DNA from: Novosphingobium sp.
Lineage (GTDB): Bacteria; Pseudomonadota; Alphaproteobacteria; Sphingomonadales; Sphingomonadaceae
Assembly (NCBI GenBank): GCA_040007615.1
Contig: JBDTUQ010000002.1
Location: 29,427 to 93,426 of the forward strand
Reading direction: 5' to 3'
Length of the DNA stretch: 64,000 nt
A program made the position numbers and the translations under genes. The notes below the pieces were generated by a model, which did not search any database, was not told the origin of the DNA, and saw only the letters and a list, made by a program, of their open reading frames with translations. Positions 21,169-30,115 of the stretch are shown piece by piece (the stretch's first letter is position 1; each line of letters begins with the position of its first letter).

Positions 21169-22755
21169 GTGTATTCTGACAGGGGAACCATCAGGCCAGC
21201 CGCACTTCAACGCCGCCTAGGGCTAACTGTTTCGGGCGCTTTGGGCATGTGCCTGGCGCTCATCTCATCCGCGCAGGCAACGACCATGCAGGAGGCGCTG
21301 GAAGCCGCCTATCAAAACAATCCAAAACTTACCGCGCAGCGCGCCAACGTGCGCGTTGCCGACGAAAACGTGCCCATCGCCCGCGCCGCCTCCATGCCGG
21401 TGATCGACGGCACGGTCAGCTATCAGGAAAACATCCTGAAGGGTGACAACCCGCCGGGCGGCTTCGTCTCCGATCCTGACCGGCAACTGGTTGGCCAGAT
21501 CAACGCCACGCTTCCGCTGATCACATTCGGGGTCAACAAGTGGGGAGTCGCCGCCGCAGACGAGCGGGTCAAAGCCAGCCGTTATGGCCTGCGCGGCGGC
21601 GAGGCGGATCTGTTTACCGCCGTAGTCGGCGCTTATATGGATGTTATCCGCGACGAGGCCGTAGTCCGCCTGAACCAGCGTAACACCCAAGTCATCGGCT
21701 TCAACCTTCAAGAAACGACAGACCGCTACAAGGCCGGCAATCGCGGCCCAGCCGATGTCGCGCAGTCAGAAGCGCGGCTGTCGCTGGCACAGGCGCAATC
21801 GGAAACCGCGCAGTCAAAGCTGATTACCAGCCGGGAATCGTTCATCCAGCTTGTCGGCAGTGAACCCGGCGTCCTCGCCCCGCCGCCGCCTTTGCCCGAA
21901 CTGCCAACCGATCCCAACGTCGCGGTCGAATATGCGCTCCAGAACAATCCCAATATCCTGGCGGCCATGTCGCAGCGGATTGCCCTGTCTGATGATGTCC
22001 GCGTGGCCGATGGTGAGCGCAAGCCCCGGCTTGAGGCGCGGGCGTCGCTCAACCACTACGATTATCTGAACTCGCTCGCTCCCGGCACCGGGCCGCGCAA
22101 TGGGGACCGGGGTACCACGGCGAACGTCGGCGTGGCGCTGCGGGTGCCGCTCTTTTCCGGCGGCAGGCTGTCCGCGCTCTACCGTCAGGCAGTAGAGAAG
22201 GAAGGCGTTGGCGTCGAACAAGTGGTGGAGGCACAGCGCACGGTCGTTGCGCAGACCCGCTCTGCCTTTGCCACCTGGGTTGCGGCGCAGCGCGTGATCG
22301 CTGCTGCCGAACGCGGCGCGGCCGCCAACCAGCGAGCACTTCAGGCGCTTGGCGCGCAAGTTGATGCTGGTGTGCGCCCCTTGCTCGACAAGCTGAACGC
22401 CGAGCAGGAATTGCTAAACTCGCAAGTCACGCTGGTGACTGCGCGGCGCGACGCTTATGTCGCGGGCTTCGCATTATTGGCAGCGATGGGCCGGGCCGAG
22501 GCCAAGGATCTCAACTTCGAATCCAGCCGCCTCTATGATCCAACTGTCCATTACGACAAGGTGCGCAACCAGATATTCCAGTTAAGCGACCAGCCGGTCC
22601 CTGCCGCGAAGGCGCAGGGCACCAGCGGCACCCGGCCACAGGACGCGCAGGTTACTCCAGCTGACGGCGGCGTCAGCGACCCGGCGCTGTCGATCCGCAG
22701 CGATGCTTCCCCAGCAGCCGCTCCCGGTGGTCAGATAGCAGTTTCAAAGCCTTGA
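21169..22755 (+). CDS. TolC-family outer membrane efflux/type I secretion protein
   Basis: Signal peptide, then TMQEALEAAYQNNPKLTAQRA, VPLFSGG and LDKLNAEQELLNSQ motifs. GTG start lies 2 nt after the adaptor stop. Confidence 0.92.
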   Translation: MYSDRGTIRPAALQRRLGLTVSGALGMCLALISSAQATTMQEALEAAYQNNPKLTAQRANVRVADENVPIARAASMPVIDGTVSYQENILKGDNPPGGFVSDPDRQLVGQINATLPLITFGVNKWGVAAADERVKASRYGLRGGEADLFTAVVGAYMDVIRDEAVVRLNQRNTQVIGFNLQETTDRYKAGNRGPADVAQSEARLSLAQAQSETAQSKLITSRESFIQLVGSEPGVLAPPPPLPELPTDPNVAVEYALQNNPNILAAMSQRIALSDDVRVADGERKPRLEARASLNHYDYLNSLAPGTGPRNGDRGTTANVGVALRVPLFSGGRLSALYRQAVEKEGVGVEQVVEAQRTVVAQTRSAFATWVAAQRVIAAAERGAAANQRALQALGAQVDAGVRPLLDKLNAEQELLNSQVTLVTARRDAYVAGFALLAAMGRAEAKDLNFESSRLYDPTVHYDKVRNQIFQLSDQPVPAAKAQGTSGTRPQDAQVTPADGGVSDPALSIRSDASPAAAPGGQIAVSKP

Positions 22756-22763
22756 TCAGTCAG

Positions 22764-23876
22764 TTAACCTGACTTGTAAAGGCATTGGGTGGTCGTCGGG
22801 CGCTTGAACCGGGTGCAATCCCAAAGCGCCCGCTCGATCTTCTGCGACCGGTCGCGGATGTAGTAGAATACCTTTGGCCCGTTGACGCCGCTCCCCGGCA
22901 GGCGCCCCTCTATCTCGCAAAACGCCCGGTCGCCGCATAAATCATAAGCGGCGAGGGCTTGGGCACTGGCATTGCCCAAAGGTGAAATCTCAACCCGGAT
23001 CAGGCCTGAGGAATTGTCTACTTTGGCCGTGGCGACGGTCGCTGCACTTTCCGATGCGACAGCCGCTGGCACCGCCTCGCCCGCAGGCAGCGCGGCGCGA
23101 TGTGCGGGGGAGAGGAACGCGAGGGCAGGGATCGTCGGCTCGACACCGGCATAGTGCGACATCTGCGCATGAGGGCCGCCCCAGGCCCCCTTCCAGCGAA
23201 AGAACAGGTGCGTACCCACGCGGGCGATCTTTTCCAGTTCGGCGCTCCAGATCGGGTGGACCCAGTCGGTATGGTAATGCGTAGCGAGGCCCACGGATGC
23301 CTCTGTCGATCCCGCCAGCATCGCCGCCGCGCGGTCGCGCACGCGCTGGTACGCGGCGGCAGGCGGCACCCGCGCCAGCGCGCCGTCACAAGTAAAGGTG
23401 AACTGGCAACCGGTCCGCCGCTCGGAACCCTGGAACACCACTCCGCACACCGTTGCCGGGAAGGCTGGATGACGCAGGCGGTTGAGCACGACCTGACCGA
23501 CCGAACGGTTCCCAGCCTCGTCGCTGCCTGCTTCATACCACATTGCCGCCGCCATACAGTCCGTCGCCCGCGCCCGGCTTCCCTCATCCCCGCTGGCCGA
23601 AAACGGACGGGCAGGGGGGCCAATTCCGGCAAAAGAAATAGCCGCATTGATCTGTCGCGCCCGGTCTGGCGTCATCGCGGCAAATACCAAAGGTTCGGCC
23701 ACTGGCGGCGGCTTGAGTGAAAGCTCTGCCTCTACCGCCTGATCACTGCGTTGATGCGCTGCCTCCCGGTCGTAAATCACGAGGCCTGCTAAGATGAGCA
23801 AGGCGAGCGCCAGCCCGACCCGGAATGCCGGAGCCTTCGCCCAACCGGGCACTCGCAAAACATGTGACTGATCCAT
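22764..23876 (-). CDS. Cell wall hydrolase (SleB/Hydrolase_2 family), membrane-anchored
   Basis: CMAAAMWYEA, VGQVVLNRLRHPAFPATVCGVVFQG, CQFTFTCDG and ATHYHTDWVHPIWS motifs. Confidence 0.9.
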   Translation of the reverse strand: MDQSHVLRVPGWAKAPAFRVGLALALLILAGLVIYDREAAHQRSDQAVEAELSLKPPPVAEPLVFAAMTPDRARQINAAISFAGIGPPARPFSASGDEGSRARATDCMAAAMWYEAGSDEAGNRSVGQVVLNRLRHPAFPATVCGVVFQGSERRTGCQFTFTCDGALARVPPAAAYQRVRDRAAAMLAGSTEASVGLATHYHTDWVHPIWSAELEKIARVGTHLFFRWKGAWGGPHAQMSHYAGVEPTIPALAFLSPAHRAALPAGEAVPAAVASESAATVATAKVDNSSGLIRVEISPLGNASAQALAAYDLCGDRAFCEIEGRLPGSGVNGPKVFYYIRDRSQKIERALWDCTRFKRPTTTQCLYKSG

Positions 23877-24015
23877 TGACATGCAGTGCCCAAGGCGCAA
23901 GCGCGGGAGAACGGGAAACGGCGCTTTCTCAAGTCATTGGACAAACAATGTCAATGGACTCGCACATCTCATGCGGGTGAGCGCGGGCTTTGCGGCAGAC
24001 TTTCGATTTCTGTCG

Positions 24016-24639
24016 TCAGGCCGACTGCGCTGGCGGTTGGTCGATCCAGCCGCTGCCGGTGACCAGCCTTTCTAGCGTAGCCTTGAACCAATCGACAATC
24101 TTGGCCTGATCCATCGTTTTCGGCAGCGGCAATTGCCGGGCATAGATCACGTATCCCGTGGCGACCATCGCGATGGCAAGAGCCCGCTCCGTAGCATCCT
24201 CGCCGCCCAGCCACTCGGCCAGGGGTGTCAGGCTATGCTTGGTCATGCATCGCGCAGCAATTTCCGCGGCCTCTGTATCGCCGGATGCCAGCGCGACCAT
24301 CATCGGCAAGCTGATTACATCGACCGGGTCCAGCAATACAGTCGCCACGAACTCGGCATAGTCAGCTTTGCTTATCCCTGCAGCGAGCCTCTGGCCCAGA
24401 GAGATCTCTATAGCCTCTTCGAACAGATGTGCCTTGGTACCGAAATAGCGTACAATCAGAGGAGAGCTCACTTCTGCCAGCTTCGCGATGTCGCGGATGC
24501 CGGAATGCGAATAGCCCTTTGTGGAGAAAGCCTGCTGCGCCGCAACCAGAATGCGTGCCCGGGTGGCATCTGCATCACGCTTGTGCCGCGAAACACTGCG
24601 CCCATTTAATTCATGGTCGCCGCCGAGTGCCGAAGCCAT
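24016..24639 (-). CDS. TetR/AcrR family transcriptional regulator
   Basis: TRARILVAAQQAFSTKGYSHSGIRDIAKLAEVSSPLIVRYFGTKAHLF HTH. Confidence 0.92.
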   Translation of the reverse strand: MASALGGDHELNGRSVSRHKRDADATRARILVAAQQAFSTKGYSHSGIRDIAKLAEVSSPLIVRYFGTKAHLFEEAIEISLGQRLAAGISKADYAEFVATVLLDPVDVISLPMMVALASGDTEAAEIAARCMTKHSLTPLAEWLGGEDATERALAIAMVATGYVIYARQLPLPKTMDQAKIVDWFKATLERLVTGSGWIDQPPAQSA

Positions 24640-24853
24640 AGAACCCCCATATCTGAGCGATACGCATTTCTTGTCCGCCTGTCGGATAGGGTGCTAGGAA
24701 TTTCCCTTACGGCAAGGCCGATTTTTTGCAGAAAATCGAGAGTGTATAAGGCAAGCAATAACACGCGCCCTAACGGCGCTTCGCTTTCCAAGCGCCCGCA
24801 GTTCCGGAACGGATGTGCCCTGCCGAAATGTGTATGAGAAAATTGTGTTGAAT

Positions 24854-24943
24854 TGGCGGACAGGGTGGGATTCGAACCCACGGTGAGCTTCCACCCACGA
24901 CGGTTTTCAAGACCGTTGCCTTAAACCACTCGGCCACCTGTCC
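24854..24943 (-). tRNA. tRNA-Ser (UGA)
   Basis: 90 nt. GGACAGG/CCTGTCC acceptor stem + GCCA, anticodon arm ACGGT-CTTGAAA-ACCGT, long variable arm, GGTTCGAATCC T-loop. Confidence 0.97.
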
Positions 24944-25101
24944 GGCTCATGAGGGCCAGATGCCGCTAGCGTGGGATTTGGGCTTTGTCACCCCCCCCAG
25001 CGTTATAGGGCTGACGTTATGGGGCCAGGCGTTTGGACGAATGTAGGGGAGAGGCGTGCAGCGGGATTTCAATCGCGGGCTTACTGTGCGAAGTTACGGC
25101 G

Positions 25102-26226
25102 ATGTTTAGGATTCTTGCCAGTCTGCGCCTGTTCGGGATCGCATCCGCTGCATCGTTATTAGGCCCGGCGGATGTACCCGTGCAGCCTGTGGCCAAGGGA
25201 TTGTCGGCAAATGGCCAGCATCTAGTGCAGCCGGTTGCCGAACCTGTTGTTGCTGCGCCCGCTGGCTCAGGCGCGCAGGATGAACCCGCATTTCAGGGTT
25301 ACGTGCAGCGTCTCGCCGCCCGCGCGCGGGCTGAGGGGGTGAGCGAGCCGACCATTCGCGCCATGACCGCAGACCTGACGCTCAATCCGCGAGTCATCGC
25401 GCTCGATCAGTCACAGCCCGGCACCAGCCGCACCAGCGCGGTTCCGGCCTTTGCGCCCTATCGCCGCAGCCATGTTGATGCCGCGCGGATTGCCGGGGGG
25501 CGGCGCACTTATGCCCAAGTCGCGGGCTGGGCCTCGACGATCGAGCGGCGCTTTGGTGTGCCAATCCCCATCGTCGTCGCCATTTTCGGGCACGAGACGG
25601 ACTATGGCAATTACAAGGGTGACTTCGATCTCGCCCGCTCGCTGGCAACGCTGGCATATGAAGGGCGGCGGCGGGAGCTGTTCGCGCAGGAATTCGTCGC
25701 CCTGCTCAAGATGGCCGATCAGGGCGTCCCGCGCGAGCGGCTGAAGGGTAGCTGGGCCGGGGCTTTCGGCAATCCGCAGTTCCTGCCCAGTATGTACCTG
25801 CGGCTGGCGGTGGACGGTGACGGCGATGGTCGGCGTGATATCTGGACCAGCCAGGCCGATACGCTCGCCTCAATCGCCAACTATTTCCGCGATGCCGGGT
25901 GGCGGGCAGGGCAGCCGTGGGGCGTTCCGGCGAGTGTCCCGGCGGGGCTGGACCGCAATCTGGTCGCCGAAAAGCTCATTTCACCCGAATGCGCGCGCGT
26001 TCACGCGCGCCATGATCGCTGGCTGACCGTGGCCGAATGGCGTCGATTGGGGGTGGAGCCTGCGCGCCCGATTGCCGACAATGTGCTGGCAACGCTGTTC
26101 GAACCGGACGGCGCAGGCGAACAAGCCTATCTGTTAACCGGGAATTATCGGGTTATCCTCCACTATAACTGCTCGAACTTCTACGCCATGACCGTGGGAT
26201 TGCTTGCAGATGAGATTGCCCGTTAA
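25102..26226 (+). CDS. mltB: Lytic murein transglycosylase (MltB/SLT_2 family)
   Basis: IFGHETDYG, LKGSWAGAFGNPQFLPS, AVDGDGDGRRDIW and ILHYNCSNFYA motifs. Start uncertain (25033 vs 25102). Confidence 0.9.
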   Translation: MFRILASLRLFGIASAASLLGPADVPVQPVAKGLSANGQHLVQPVAEPVVAAPAGSGAQDEPAFQGYVQRLAARARAEGVSEPTIRAMTADLTLNPRVIALDQSQPGTSRTSAVPAFAPYRRSHVDAARIAGGRRTYAQVAGWASTIERRFGVPIPIVVAIFGHETDYGNYKGDFDLARSLATLAYEGRRRELFAQEFVALLKMADQGVPRERLKGSWAGAFGNPQFLPSMYLRLAVDGDGDGRRDIWTSQADTLASIANYFRDAGWRAGQPWGVPASVPAGLDRNLVAEKLISPECARVHARHDRWLTVAEWRRLGVEPARPIADNVLATLFEPDGAGEQAYLLTGNYRVILHYNCSNFYAMTVGLLADEIAR

Positions 26227-27175
26227 GCAGATTTTGGCTTTTGCCTGTGCCGGAACGCTGGCCGCTTGCGGCACGGCGGGGCATAACGCTCAGGCCATAG
26301 GCGCCATGCCCGGCCCACAGCAAAACGGCCCGGCGGCTGACTATCCGATGGTGCTGGGTGATGCCTTCATCGTCGACGGGGTCAGCTATAAACCGGTCGA
26401 CGTGATGAATTACGACACCGTCGGTTATGCTGGCGTAGAGGTCGGAGCGGGCGAGCGGGAAGGCGTTACCATCGCCCATCGCACCTTACCCTTGCCCAGC
26501 TATGCCGAAGTGACCTCGCTCGAAAGCGGGCGGACGATACTCGTCCGGGTCGAGCGGCGCGGTCCGATGACCGGGGCGCGGCTGATCGACCTGTCGCCCG
26601 CCGCCGCCGCGCAACTGGGCGTAAACGGCGCGCATAGCCCGATTCGCATCCGCCGGGTCAACCCGCCCGAACAGGAACGCGCCCTGCTGCGCGGCGGAGA
26701 GGCCGTGCCGCCGCGCATGGATACGCCCAAGTCGCTGGGCGCCGTCCTGCGGCGCAAGCTGGAGCCGGATTTCGTTGCTGTTGCCGTGCCTTTGCCAACG
26801 CCAGTTCCCACGGTTGCCGCCGCTCCGGTGAAGGCAGCGCAAGCTAAGGTTCCTGTGGTGAAGGCAGTGAAAGCTGCCGCCCCAGCGCAACCCGCGCCCA
26901 AACCAGTTACTGTGCCGACAAAAGCCCCGGCCCCAACTCCGGCCACCACCGCGCCGAAAGAACACTCCGGCACGCTGATTGTCCAGGTCGGCGCATTTTC
27001 TACCGAACAACGTGGCCGCACCGCAGCGGCAAAAGTCGGCGGAAACGTCAGCGCGGCAGGTAAATTCCACCGCGTCCGCATGGGGCCGTTCGCCACCCGG
27101 GGACAAGCCGAGGCGGCCCTCGCCAAGGCGAAAGCCGCCGGGTATAGCGACGCACGAATCCAGCGCGCGGACTGA
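26210..27175 (+). CDS. rlpA: RlpA-like lipoprotein (DPBB + SPOR domain)
   Basis: Lipobox LAAC, AHRTLPLPSYAEVT, and a C-terminal SPOR domain (VQVGAFS...HRVRMGPF). Confidence 0.88.
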   Translation: MRLPVKQILAFACAGTLAACGTAGHNAQAIGAMPGPQQNGPAADYPMVLGDAFIVDGVSYKPVDVMNYDTVGYAGVEVGAGEREGVTIAHRTLPLPSYAEVTSLESGRTILVRVERRGPMTGARLIDLSPAAAAQLGVNGAHSPIRIRRVNPPEQERALLRGGEAVPPRMDTPKSLGAVLRRKLEPDFVAVAVPLPTPVPTVAAAPVKAAQAKVPVVKAVKAAAPAQPAPKPVTVPTKAPAPTPATTAPKEHSGTLIVQVGAFSTEQRGRTAAAKVGGNVSAAGKFHRVRMGPFATRGQAEAALAKAKAAGYSDARIQRAD

Positions 27176-27229
27176 TCGTTCATCGGTCCCCTTGCGCGCC
27201 GGTCCATTGCCAGCGCCGGGGATCGGTTC

Positions 27230-28498
27230 TTGACTCGACTTGTTGCTGCCGCACTGATTGCTTCCGGTTTGCCCATCGCCGCCGCTGGCCTCGCTACGGT
27301 TCCAACCGAGGGCGCGATGCCAGCGTCCCCCGCGATAGTTCACGAACCGGCGCGCCGCGCTTTCGCTCCGCCCGAGGCGTTTACCGATCCGGCGCAAGTG
27401 CCGCCGTCGCTCGCCCGCGTGCCGATAGCCCTGCTGATGGACCTGAGTTCCGGGCAAGTGCTCTATGCCAAGGACGAAAACCGCCGCTTCGTCCCTGCCT
27501 CGATCACCAAGGTGATGACGCTTTATCTGGCCTTCGAGCTGCTGCATAAGCAACACCTCAAGCCCGACCAGCACATGCAGATGAGCGAGGAAGCGTTCAA
27601 GAAGTGGCATAATGTCGGCTCGACGATGTTCCTCGATCGCACGATGAACCCCACGGTGGATGACCTCCTGCTGGGTATCGCCAATGTTTCCGCCAACGAT
27701 GCCTGCGTCGTTCTCGCCGAAGGGGCAGGCGGCAGCGTCGCTAACTGGACCGCGATGATGAATGCGCAGGCGCGACGGCTGGGCATGAAGGACAGCCATT
27801 TCAGCACGCCCAACGGCTGGATGGACGAAGGGCAGACTTACGTCACCGCGCACGATCTGGCGACGCTAGCCAGCGCCATGATCGCCGCCCATCCTGACAA
27901 GTATCACCGCTATATCGGCCATGAAACAATGACCTGGAACGGTATTACTCAGGCCAATCACGACCCCATCCTGGGCCGCCTGCCCGGTGCTGACGGGATC
28001 AAAACCGGGTTCACCAATCAGGCCGGATACGGCTATCTCGGTTCGGCAATCCGCGATGGTCGGCGGCTGATCATGGTCGTCGCCGGGGTCGACTTGGCCC
28101 GCGACCGCGCGACCGCCGCCCGCGACCTGATGGAATGGGGTTTTGCCGCCTTCGCCAGCAAGCCCCTGTTCGCCGCCGGTGCCAAAGTGGGTGAGGCGAG
28201 GGTGCAGGGCGGCCAGCAGCGCATGGTCAGCCTTGTCACACCGTCGGGATTTGGCGCAACCATAGCTGGAAATTCCGACAAAAATGGGCACGTTCCCATA
28301 AGCTTGCGTGTGGTTTATGATGGTCCACTTGAAGCGCCAATCGAAAAAGGCAGCATCGTTGCCGCGCTGGAAGTCCGCGTCGGCAATGCCCCGCCAAGCC
28401 GGGTGCCGCTGCTGGCTGGGGAAAGCGTGGGCCGCGCCGATTGGCTGGCCCGCCTGCGCAACGGACTGCTCGGGCTGTTTTCATGGAGCCGCGCATGA
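27230..28498 (+). CDS. D-alanyl-D-alanine carboxypeptidase (PBP5/6 family)
   Basis: SxxK (PASITK), SAN (VSANDA) and KTG (DGIKTGFT) motifs. Confidence 0.93.
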   Translation: MTRLVAAALIASGLPIAAAGLATVPTEGAMPASPAIVHEPARRAFAPPEAFTDPAQVPPSLARVPIALLMDLSSGQVLYAKDENRRFVPASITKVMTLYLAFELLHKQHLKPDQHMQMSEEAFKKWHNVGSTMFLDRTMNPTVDDLLLGIANVSANDACVVLAEGAGGSVANWTAMMNAQARRLGMKDSHFSTPNGWMDEGQTYVTAHDLATLASAMIAAHPDKYHRYIGHETMTWNGITQANHDPILGRLPGADGIKTGFTNQAGYGYLGSAIRDGRRLIMVVAGVDLARDRATAARDLMEWGFAAFASKPLFAAGAKVGEARVQGGQQRMVSLVTPSGFGATIAGNSDKNGHVPISLRVVYDGPLEAPIEKGSIVAALEVRVGNAPPSRVPLLAGESVGRADWLARLRNGLLGLFSWSRA

Positions 28499-29121
28499 AC
28501 AAGGGGCGCTTCATCGCGCTGGAAGGCGGAGAGGGGGCGGGCAAGTCCACTCAGGCCATGCTGCTCGCCACGGCCTTGCGGGCACGCGGGCTGGAAGTGG
28601 TGACCACGCGCGAGCCGGGCGGCACCGCTGGGGCAGAGGCTATCCGCGCCTTGCTGCTCAGCACGGAGGGCAATGGCTGGCAGCCCCGCGCCGAGGCGTT
28701 GCTGTTTGCCGCCGCCAGATCCGACCATGTCGAACGCCTGATTCGCCCGGCGCTGGAACGCGGCGCATGGGTCATCTGTGACCGGTTCCTCGATTCCAGC
28801 CGCGCCTACCAGGGCGGCGGCGGCGGGCTGGCGGACGCCGACCTGCTGGCGCTGCACCAGTTCGGCAGCATGGGGCTGCTGCCCGATCAGACCTTGCTGA
28901 TCGCCGTTACCCCGAAAATCGCCGCGCAGCGCCTCGCCTTGCGCGATTTTGATGGGCCAGACCGGATCGGCGGGCGGCCTGAAAGTTTTCACGCCGCAGT
29001 CGCCGCCGCCTTCGCCCGCTTCGCCGCCGATGATCCGGGCCGGTTTGCCGTGATCGACGGCGATGGCCCGCCGGAATCCACCCACCTGGCCGTGATGGCG
29101 GCGCTGGACCGCCTCGCGTGA
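28495..29121 (+). CDS. tmk: Thymidylate kinase
   Basis: FIALEGGEGAGKST, TREPGGT and CDRFLDSS motifs; ATGA overlap with the upstream gene. Confidence 0.96.
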   Translation: MNKGRFIALEGGEGAGKSTQAMLLATALRARGLEVVTTREPGGTAGAEAIRALLLSTEGNGWQPRAEALLFAAARSDHVERLIRPALERGAWVICDRFLDSSRAYQGGGGGLADADLLALHQFGSMGLLPDQTLLIAVTPKIAAQRLALRDFDGPDRIGGRPESFHAAVAAAFARFAADDPGRFAVIDGDGPPESTHLAVMAALDRLA

Positions 29122-30086
29122 ACATTCATCCCGCCAACCTTTCCGGCCATGATGCCGCGTGGCACGAATGGCGCACGGCGATGGCTTCTGACCGGATGCA
29201 CCACGGCTGGATTCTGGCCGGCAAGCGCGGGCTGGGCAAAGCCGCCTTCGCCCTTGCCGCCGCGCGCGAACTGGTGGCCGAACCCGGCGTTCCGCAGCCC
29301 GAACTGCACGCTGACGTGATCGTCCTCGAACGCCAGCCGCAAAACGATGAGGAAGAGAAAAAGCGCGCCGACGGCAAGCCGTTCCAGCTGAAACGCAACA
29401 TCTCGGTCGATCAGGTCCGCCGTATGCAGCACCGCCTGTTTACCCGTCCGACGCTGGGCGCACGCCGCGTTATCATCATCGACCCGGCGGACGACATGGA
29501 GAAGGGCGCAGTCAATGCCCTGCTCAAAAGCCTGGAGGAACCGCCGTCTGGAACGTTTTTCCTGCTGGTGGCGCACAGCCCCGGACGCCTGCTGGCGACG
29601 ATCCGCTCGCGCTGCCGGATGCTGCGCTTTCCCAACCTTTCCGACGCAGAGATCGACACGCTGTTGATCCGCGAAGCACCGCAAGCGGACGCCGCAACCC
29701 GCGCGGCCGCCATCGCCGCCGCCGAAGGATCGCCCGGCACGGCGCTCGGTTTTGTCGAGCACGAGCTGGGCACGCTGCACGCCCTCATGCTGCGCCTGAT
29801 TGCCGAGGGGGACGAGCATTTCATGCTGCGTGGCGCGCTGGCAGGAGCAATCGGCCTTCGCCCAGACCGTGAACGCCAGTTGGCCACGCTGGACCTTGCC
29901 CGCGCGGTGCTGGCCGCCGATCTGGCAGGCGCAATACCCGCCAAGCAGGCCCGCATTATCGAGGCTCACGCGGCCCTGGCCCAGCTTTCCGCCTCCGCGC
30001 CGACTGCCAACTTTGACCCTGGCCTGCTGGCGATGGAAATTGGCGGGTTGCTGGCCAGTGCCGCGATGCCTAGAGAAGCAGCCTGA
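29118..30086 (+). CDS. holB: DNA polymerase III delta-prime subunit
   Basis: GKRGLGK, ISVDQVR, NALLKSLEEPP and TIRSRC motifs; located after tmk. Confidence 0.92.
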   Translation: MNIHPANLSGHDAAWHEWRTAMASDRMHHGWILAGKRGLGKAAFALAAARELVAEPGVPQPELHADVIVLERQPQNDEEEKKRADGKPFQLKRNISVDQVRRMQHRLFTRPTLGARRVIIIDPADDMEKGAVNALLKSLEEPPSGTFFLLVAHSPGRLLATIRSRCRMLRFPNLSDAEIDTLLIREAPQADAATRAAAIAAAEGSPGTALGFVEHELGTLHALMLRLIAEGDEHFMLRGALAGAIGLRPDRERQLATLDLARAVLAADLAGAIPAKQARIIEAHAALAQLSASAPTANFDPGLLAMEIGGLLASAAMPREAA

Positions 30087-30115
30087 GCCCCATTTACGCG
30101 AGAACATCCCACGGC

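Noticed and set aside
24991-24998. C8 homopolymer between tRNA-Ser and mltB as a phase-variable promoter tract
   Set aside because: Short for a GC-rich genome, and the flanking -35/-10 spacing does not fit.
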